Shown here: positions 57,229 to 64,000 of the stretch, piece after piece | How the letters are laid out: every line of letters starts with the position of its first letter | How positions within the stretch are numbered: position 1 is the stretch's first letter | NCBI GenBank assembly: GCA_016432325.1 | Contig: CP066684.1 | Span: forward strand, 224,001 to 288,000 | Direction: 5' to 3' | DNA length: 64,000 nucleotides | From: Candidatus Aenigmatarchaeota archaeon | GTDB lineage: Archaea > Aenigmatarchaeota > Aenigmatarchaeia > PWEA01 > JACQIF01 | Program-made: the position numbers and the translations under genes | Notes under the pieces: generated by a model | What the model was told of the DNA's origin: nothing | The model's database searches: none | Seen by the model: only the letters and a program-made list of their open reading frames with translations

Positions 57229-58492
57229 AGGATGCACGGCGGAGGTGGAGGATTCATACCCTCTCGATTTCTGCGCGGCGCACAGGGAGGCGCCGGATGA
57301 AAGAATTACGGCACCGATGTCTCTTGATGAACTCAAAGAAATCCTCGGCGTCACAATCAAAGCCGACGACACGAACAAGGTTATAACGTTTCTCGCTATG
57401 CTGACTGCGTTCACCGAGGACGCGCAGATTAATGTTTCGTTCCGCGCGCCATCGAGCACCGGCAAGTCTTACATACCTTTAGAAATCGCTTCTCTCTTCC
57501 CCAAAGACGACATAATAGAAATCGCCTATGCTAGCCCGACAGCCTTCTTCCACGACCGCGGCGAGTGGGACGCGGAGACGGGATGCCTCAAAATAAACCT
57601 TGAGAGAAAGATAATGATTTTCGTGGACATGCCGCACGATTCGCTGCTTCACCGATTGCGTCCGCTTCTTTCGCACGACCGCAAGGAATTAATCTTCAAA
57701 ATCACAGACAGGAGCGACAAGAAAGGATTGAGAACGAAGAACGTCATACTGCGCGGCTACCCTTCGGTTGTCTTCTGTACGGCCTCTTTGAAAATGGATG
57801 AACAAGAATCCACGCGCAACGTTCTGTTGAGCCCCGAAACGAACCAAGAAAAGCTGCGAGAGTCCGTTCTGCTCAAGATCCGCAAGAACGCCGATGTGAA
57901 GACATACCAAGACTGGCTGATGAGCGATTCGCGGCGCGAAATCCTGAAGGCGCGCGTCGAGCAGATTAGGAACGCGAAGATAGACAACGTCATAATCCCG
58001 GACACGGCGCGCATCCAAGAACGTTTCCTCAACCGCAAGCTGAAGCCGCGCGACATGAGGGACGTGGGGCGGCTGATGTCCATCGTAAAGGCAGTCGCCC
58101 TGCTTAACTTTTCCCACAGGGAACGGCGCGGCAACGACCTTGTCTGCAGCGCGGACGACATAAACACTGGCTTCGCCGTCTGGGGCGACATAGAGCGGTC
58201 GCAAGACTTGGGAGTGCCGCCGTACATTCTGCGGGTTTTTGACGAGGTTATAATGCCGCTGGCCGGGAACGGGGGAATCCAGCGCAAGCGGATAGTCAGC
58301 AAGCACTACGAGGTCTATGGCAAGCCTCTGCCCGACTGGCTGCTGAGACAGCAGATATTGCCATCGCTGGAGGCTGCCGGACTCGTCTATCAGGAGGTCG
58401 ATCCCGAGGATCGGCGCCAGCTCCTCATCCAAGTTTCACCCGCACCCGCTACTCACGGTATCTCTGGGTCGCTGGAAAATACCGTGAGTTAA
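57209..58492 (+). CDS. AAA+/helicase-like ATPase of mobile elements, N-terminal Zn motif and C-terminal wHTH
   Basis: APSSTGKS Walker A, IMIFVD Walker B, C..C..C..H N-terminus. Confidence 0.7.
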   Translation: MRKCLFEGCTAEVEDSYPLDFCAAHREAPDERITAPMSLDELKEILGVTIKADDTNKVITFLAMLTAFTEDAQINVSFRAPSSTGKSYIPLEIASLFPKDDIIEIAYASPTAFFHDRGEWDAETGCLKINLERKIMIFVDMPHDSLLHRLRPLLSHDRKELIFKITDRSDKKGLRTKNVILRGYPSVVFCTASLKMDEQESTRNVLLSPETNQEKLRESVLLKIRKNADVKTYQDWLMSDSRREILKARVEQIRNAKIDNVIIPDTARIQERFLNRKLKPRDMRDVGRLMSIVKAVALLNFSHRERRGNDLVCSADDINTGFAVWGDIERSQDLGVPPYILRVFDEVIMPLAGNGGIQRKRIVSKHYEVYGKPLPDWLLRQQILPSLEAAGLVYQEVDPEDRRQLLIQVSPAPATHGISGSLENTVS

Positions 58493-58521
58493 GACTGGGG
58501 GTAAGTATAACAGTGTTATAT

Positions 58522-58950
58522 TTAAACAACAAATGTTGTTTGAAAATGGGTTAGCGTATCCTTTAGAGGCAGCCCACTTCCTATACAAATTTGGACTTTC
58601 ATCGCACCGTCCTTAAATTGGGTGTCGTATAGACTGCCCACATTGGATGGCTGATGATGCCAGTTCTTGTCTTTCCATATTATATCGGTACCAGCAGGCG
58701 AGACCACGACACCATAAACATCGATAGTATCCCCATCTTTCGTATCTTGCCTAGCTTGCAGGAAGACGTTACCGCTAACTTGCGGTGCGATATCGAAAAA
58801 AAGTTGGTTTCCCACCAAGCGCATGTAACCGTATGTAAGATGTGATTCTTCCTGAGTCCCCAATCTCAGAACAAAGGTCATATTAGATTTAGACCCTTCC
58901 GTAATCCGAAGATGGGATTCTTGGTTCTCGTAAAACTTCAGTTTCTTCAT
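58522..58950 (-). CDS. hypothetical protein
   Basis: AT-rich ORF divergent from the RM gene. Confidence 0.45.
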   Translation of the reverse strand: MKKLKFYENQESHLRITEGSKSNMTFVLRLGTQEESHLTYGYMRLVGNQLFFDIAPQVSGNVFLQARQDTKDGDTIDVYGVVVSPAGTDIIWKDKNWHHQPSNVGSLYDTQFKDGAMKVQICIGSGLPLKDTLTHFQTTFVV

Positions 58951-59002
58951 ATCTCGGGAAAGGTTGAACTGACTTTTATAGTGCATAGCACTCATTAAGG
59001 TC

Positions 59003-61615
59003 ATGGAACGCCAAGAAGTCAGGGCACAGATCAAAACTCTTGTAGAAGACTTCAAGGCAAACTATACTTCATACAAATCCCGCTCCGAAGCTGACATAGA
59101 GCAACTTGTGCTACGACTCTTCAAGATTCTTGGTTGGACAGACGTCAACGACGTTTTCCAGCAAGTTAAGACGCACCGAGGCGAAAAACGAGGTAGAGCC
59201 GACTTCGCCTTCAAAATCAATGATAGGACAGTTTTCTTTTTGGAAGTAAAGAAGATGGGCGTACCTTTGGATAAAGAGGCGGATAGACAGGTTATATCGT
59301 ATGCTCTATCTCAGAGAATACCGTTCGCCGTATCGACAAACTTCGAGGAATTAAAGCTCTTTTGTGTTGAAGCGTTCGATAAGAAAGATCAGGTTTTCAG
59401 AGTCTTCAGGTACGAAGATTACTCGATCAAAGATGATTTGTTTCTTCTGTCGAAGGAGAGTTTCGCTTCGGGTAACACGTTGAAAGAAGCTGAAAGCGAG
59501 GGTCGACTGAAGAAGAGAGTAACCATCGACAAACCGCTTTTGGAAGACCTCATGCATATCCGCAGTCTCGTAGCAGGCGACATAGAAAAAAGTTACCCGG
59601 ACAAATACGAACTCAATGAGCGCGACGAAATAATTCAGAGAATAATAGACCGCTTGATTTTCATACGTCGGTGTGAGGATGTGGGCATGAACCCAGAGGG
59701 TCAAACGCTCGAAGAAATCAAACATCTTTCAGACGAGAAAGCGTATCCTAAACTGAAACAACTCTTCGCTAAGTATAATGATGTCTACGATAGCGGCTTA
59801 TTCTCGATTGGCACGGATAATGATTGTGATAGAATAACGATCGATGGGTCTATCATTCACAAGCTTGTAGGATACCTCTATGAATCCAAGAACGGTCAGT
59901 ATATTTACAACTTTGACTGGATAGATGCCGACGTACTTGGACAAGTGTACGAACAATATCTCGGTAAAATACTCGCACAAACAAAATCAGGTAAAACGAA
60001 ACTTAAGGAAGGACAAGCGCATCGTAAGGAACAGGGAATATACTATACTCCCACCTACATTGTCAATTACATTATTAAGAACACTGTTGGCGCTAAACTA
60101 AAAGAGAGGAAAATTAACGTGAACGATATTTCGATACTCGATCCTGCTTGTGGGTCTGGATCATTTCTTATCAAGGCATTTGACGAGATGTATAACTATA
60201 GACGGGGTAAAGGCGGCACGGATCAGCGTAAATTTGATACACAAGGCATTTACTCCATTAAAACCGAAATTCTTAAAAACAATATTTTCGGTGTCGATCT
60301 TGACAACAAAGCCGTGGAAATAGCTAAATTAAATCTACTCTTAAAGGCGGCAGAGAACGGACGCCGATTACCGAAGGAATTAGACGCTCACGTCAAGCGT
60401 GGTAATAGTATTATAGATGATGAAAAAGTTGTGGGCGCCGATGCGTTCCGTTGGGAGAGTGAATTTACAGATATCGTAAAACAAGGTGGATTTGACATCA
60501 TTATAGGCAATCCGCCTTATGGGGCAGAGTTGAAGGAAAACGAAAGGGAATACATTTCTCGGAAATATGAAACCGCGAAATCGTACAAAAATACAGCGCT
60601 TGTTTTCATAGAGAAATCGATGAATCTATTAAAAGATGGAGGATACTTTGGAATGATTGTACCAAAGTCCTTGGCATATAGCCAAGCGTGGAAACCATGT
60701 AGAGACTTCATTAAGAAGGACATGATTTTGTTAGTTGATGTTAGCAAAGCCTTTGAAGATGTTTTATTGGAACAAGTTATATTCATTATACAAAAGGGCA
60801 GTGGCAAAAAGTCCTACATTGTAGAAAACATTGATACCGGCTCTAAATTTACTGTGGACAAATCATTCATAGATAAAATCGATTCCTTGATAGTTCATGA
60901 CAGTAGAGAAGACTTCGAAGTGTTCAAACATCTTATGTCCTCTCCATTACAAATGAAGAGTGTTTCCAAAACAAGTCGTGGATTGCCGCTCCAGAAGTTT
61001 ATAACCAAAAAGAAAACACCATATAAAATATTTCGTGGGGTCAACATTTCCCGCTATCACCTTGGGGATAGTACAGACTTCTTAGAGAAAATCGATGCTA
61101 CAAATACAAAGGTTAAACAGCTTCTTCAACCTAAGATAATTTCACAGAGAATAGTGGCTCATGTAACACGCCCAAAGGACCATATCATAATCATGTCTGC
61201 ATTGGATGGAGAAGGACAGTTAAATGTGGATACTGTAGAAAATACCACTCTAACCGATAAGAAATACAAGCTAGAGACTATTTTGGCTATAATGAACTCC
61301 GAATTGATTTCATGGTATGCATACAGGTATATCTTCGGTAAAGCCATTAGAACTATGGATTTCGATGATTACTATGTTGGTAAAATACCTCTGCCTCATA
61401 CATCTAAATCTGTTGAAACTGCTCTAACCGAGAAGGTTTCAAGAATAAATGACCTTAACAAAAAAGTTCATCAGTTGGGCGATAAGAAAACGGCCGAGAC
61501 TGCTAAGCTCGACGAAGAAGTCAAGAAGACTAATGCGGAGATAGACGAACTCGTCTACAAGATATACGGGGTAACGGACGCCGAGAAGAAGACTATTAAA
61601 GAAAGCTTAAATTAA
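59003..61615 (+). CDS. type IIG restriction-modification enzyme (Eco57I-like; nuclease + N6-adenine MTase + TRD)
   Basis: RADF..LEVK nuclease, GIYYTP, DPACGSGSFL, GNPPY. Confidence 0.92.
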   Translation: MERQEVRAQIKTLVEDFKANYTSYKSRSEADIEQLVLRLFKILGWTDVNDVFQQVKTHRGEKRGRADFAFKINDRTVFFLEVKKMGVPLDKEADRQVISYALSQRIPFAVSTNFEELKLFCVEAFDKKDQVFRVFRYEDYSIKDDLFLLSKESFASGNTLKEAESEGRLKKRVTIDKPLLEDLMHIRSLVAGDIEKSYPDKYELNERDEIIQRIIDRLIFIRRCEDVGMNPEGQTLEEIKHLSDEKAYPKLKQLFAKYNDVYDSGLFSIGTDNDCDRITIDGSIIHKLVGYLYESKNGQYIYNFDWIDADVLGQVYEQYLGKILAQTKSGKTKLKEGQAHRKEQGIYYTPTYIVNYIIKNTVGAKLKERKINVNDISILDPACGSGSFLIKAFDEMYNYRRGKGGTDQRKFDTQGIYSIKTEILKNNIFGVDLDNKAVEIAKLNLLLKAAENGRRLPKELDAHVKRGNSIIDDEKVVGADAFRWESEFTDIVKQGGFDIIIGNPPYGAELKENEREYISRKYETAKSYKNTALVFIEKSMNLLKDGGYFGMIVPKSLAYSQAWKPCRDFIKKDMILLVDVSKAFEDVLLEQVIFIIQKGSGKKSYIVENIDTGSKFTVDKSFIDKIDSLIVHDSREDFEVFKHLMSSPLQMKSVSKTSRGLPLQKFITKKKTPYKIFRGVNISRYHLGDSTDFLEKIDATNTKVKQLLQPKIISQRIVAHVTRPKDHIIIMSALDGEGQLNVDTVENTTLTDKKYKLETILAIMNSELISWYAYRYIFGKAIRTMDFDDYYVGKIPLPHTSKSVETALTEKVSRINDLNKKVHQLGDKKTAETAKLDEEVKKTNAEIDELVYKIYGVTDAEKKTIKESLN

Positions 61616-61681
61616 CGTCTGAGACTTGACCCAATACACCATATGGAAAGGGTTTAATAGCTTTGTCCATTCACATTATAC

Positions 61682-62776
61682 ATGGTCAGGGATAGTCTAG
61701 AATTCTTTGATGCTGACGGAGAATTTTTAAAAAGAATAGAGTCCGTCAAGTCAATTGGACCTACGCCCCGTAAGGTCATTCTCTTTATCCAAGATTCAGA
61801 AATGCCTTTTTTGAAACTGATTAAGCAATGGATTCCTGCTAGATATGAAGGCACTATTTGTAAAACAGAAGAATTTGATAGATTCGACGTAGCGGAGCTT
61901 ACTATAAAAAATAGAGATTTAGAAGGCGCTTTATACAAATGTTCTCACTGTGGTCAAGAAATTCCCAAAGAAGAACTTTTTGAATATGGACAAAACATGC
62001 AGAACTTACTTGTATTCCCTAAAAATAGTCCCGTCTTTTTCTTGGTAACAAATAAAGGTTCCCATGAACTGGACGCCGATTTAGGCTTCTTCAAAGCACT
62101 TTATCCCTTCGTATCTCGTGTACGATTCCGTTCGTACCAACTAAAACAAATGCTAGACGTTCTTCCTAATAAAACCGATATAGTTATTTCAGAATACGTT
62201 GCTAAACGTTATTATGGCGAAAAAAAGACAATCGAACTTCACCAAAAGGTGGACGTTGATACGGCATTTCTTCAAGCGGCTAAGGAAAATACCTGGATTG
62301 ACAGCATTCTTCTGGAAGTTGATGGAAAGAAAATACGATTGGCGCGAAACGGAAGAATACAATACTATCAGTCGTATCACTTTAGCAACATCTTCAGTCA
62401 ACTGATTAAACCAATACTGCATAACCTAACAGCAAACTATGAAAATGTTCTAAGAAATCGCTCTCGGACAATTGCTAACCCGGCGGCCAAACCTATAGTA
62501 TTTAAAACGGAAAAACCAGTTTTTACTTCTCAGAATGCTGGTATCGAACTGATAAAACGACTTGGCCGCCTACGGGGAATAGAAATAGCACAAGTCAATA
62601 GCGACGACCAGATGCCGGAGTTGATGGTAAAAGATTACACGTCTGGAGCAAGCTACTCAATAGACGTCGTAGCCGAGAATATGATAGTTATGACACCACA
62701 GACAGGCGTACGAGAAATTTCTCTTAATAGAGTCGTGAATAAAATACTAGAAGATTTTGACTGTGAGGTAATCTGA
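61682..62776 (+). CDS. hypothetical protein with CxxC motif
   Basis: 364-aa AT-rich ORF, TGATG-coupled to the next gene. Confidence 0.7.
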   Translation: MVRDSLEFFDADGEFLKRIESVKSIGPTPRKVILFIQDSEMPFLKLIKQWIPARYEGTICKTEEFDRFDVAELTIKNRDLEGALYKCSHCGQEIPKEELFEYGQNMQNLLVFPKNSPVFFLVTNKGSHELDADLGFFKALYPFVSRVRFRSYQLKQMLDVLPNKTDIVISEYVAKRYYGEKKTIELHQKVDVDTAFLQAAKENTWIDSILLEVDGKKIRLARNGRIQYYQSYHFSNIFSQLIKPILHNLTANYENVLRNRSRTIANPAAKPIVFKTEKPVFTSQNAGIELIKRLGRLRGIEIAQVNSDDQMPELMVKDYTSGASYSIDVVAENMIVMTPQTGVREISLNRVVNKILEDFDCEVI

Positions 62777-63906
62777 TGGTTGCTCCAAAACACACGAAAG
62801 ATGATGTAGACAGTTATCGGGAGGCCGTTTTGGCTAATATTGTTTTTAAAAAGTATTTGAAAGAAATATGGAATGTTGGATACGATCTATATTTCGGTGC
62901 TAGACTAGTCTATGATAAAGACAAACCAGCGGTAACGCCCGATTTGTTTCTTAAAGGTACTTCGAGTAATGATATTGTAGGGGATATTAAACGTTCTTTG
63001 CCGTCAAATTTCCCTAACAGTTTGGAGTCCAAAAACTATATGGAATGGGCCAGGGGGGAAGGTGGAAAAGGTTTCGTTATGCAGATGTTGGATGTAAGTC
63101 TAACACAAAAGTTAAAGAAATATGATAGCGAATTTCTCAATTGTACGAACCCACATGATATTTTATTTATCCTGCACGAAAGAGCACAGAGAACATACAT
63201 GCTCTGGAAGAGACATTTACCGTACATCCCACGAAACAATCTGGTTGGTCTACAATATCATGTTTCTAGAGGGTCTAGCGTCAAAACACTTAATATCGGA
63301 ATACTAGACGGACAGTTCTCAGATCAGGGCTTAGGCGAATTCTTCAGAGATAACCCAATAGCTTGGCACTTTAACGAAGAATCCCAGCTAATCGGAGAAT
63401 ACAAAATTGCTGTAGTTGACGAGGGCCATCAGCCACCAAAAGAATATGTGATGCTCATTCTGTGGCAAAACATTTTTGATGAAATTCTGAGAAACAAATA
63501 CTCAGAAAGTCTTTTGGATAGAGTGAAAATACTAGAACAAGGATTAAATCCAGTTATAGTTGTGGATTTGGATACCATTATAGAATACCTTAGTAAATAT
63601 TATATATTACCATATTATGATACCGCCGACAACTCACAGGACACAAGGAGACAGTTCACGAGAAGCCTTGTAAAAGATGCAATGAACTCATTTACTGAAA
63701 TTGATATAACCGATGTAACGAAGGTAGACGGGGGAACAAATCCCGCGTATAAAATAGTCTATCAACCGCTGTCTAAAGGACAGGATGCCTTGCAAGTCTT
63801 AATAGACGCGTTGTCTGATGCGGGAATTTTAGAAAAGGAAGTGGTCGATATCCCGAGACAGATTGATCTAACATCATTTACCGATAAAGACAGTGATACT
63901 CGATAG
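62776..63906 (+). CDS. hypothetical protein, possible PD-(D/E)xK nuclease
   Basis: TPDLF...VGDIKR. Confidence 0.6.
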   Translation: MVAPKHTKDDVDSYREAVLANIVFKKYLKEIWNVGYDLYFGARLVYDKDKPAVTPDLFLKGTSSNDIVGDIKRSLPSNFPNSLESKNYMEWARGEGGKGFVMQMLDVSLTQKLKKYDSEFLNCTNPHDILFILHERAQRTYMLWKRHLPYIPRNNLVGLQYHVSRGSSVKTLNIGILDGQFSDQGLGEFFRDNPIAWHFNEESQLIGEYKIAVVDEGHQPPKEYVMLILWQNIFDEILRNKYSESLLDRVKILEQGLNPVIVVDLDTIIEYLSKYYILPYYDTADNSQDTRRQFTRSLVKDAMNSFTEIDITDVTKVDGGTNPAYKIVYQPLSKGQDALQVLIDALSDAGILEKEVVDIPRQIDLTSFTDKDSDTR

Positions 63907-64000
63907 AGTGTAGAGAGTTAGAGGAGTAGCCAATTGAAGTCCCAAAAATAAGGTATATAAACATCCTCACCAATCAATTATTCAATATGCTCCCCAGTCT

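Larger units (their letters stand above)
53305..64000. mobile_element. probable integrative element / defence island, right end beyond window
   Basis: tRNA-3'-like 14-mer at the left edge, AT-rich blocks, RHH/HTH cluster + ATPase, RM and HEPN cargo; no integrase in window. Confidence 0.6.

Overview
64-kb segment of a GC-rich archaeal chromosome, most likely a DPANN lineage such as Aenigmarchaeota or Micrarchaeota. This placement is inferred from archaeal TATA-like promoters, EndoQ, a PGF-pre-PGF protein, a class III signal-peptide pilin and multi-intron tRNAs. From left to right the window holds: partial gdh, trxB, and a small-peptide + radical SAM operon; a KaiC signalling locus (double-domain KaiC, kinase-less CHASE/HAMP sensor, H-NOX, two degenerate KaiC-like proteins); lipA-pdhABC-lipB with Mrp, ferredoxins and Bcp; two tRNA genes missed by the ORF track (Ala-GGC with 2 introns, Val-GAC with 3 introns) whose T-loop introns are homologous; a pilin + paralogous lipoprotein surface locus; a membrane-tethered wHTH regulator with DUF5667-like proteins; an NdvB-like GT2-glycoside hydrolase glucan operon; repair and stress genes; and hicBA. 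From about 53.3 kb to the end lies a probable tRNA-targeted integrative element. It carries a 3xHTH + HTH-HEPN operon, a plasmid/virus-like ATPase module, a type IIG restriction-modification enzyme and an unknown two-gene cassette. All family assignments come from motif recognition by eye; no searches were run.
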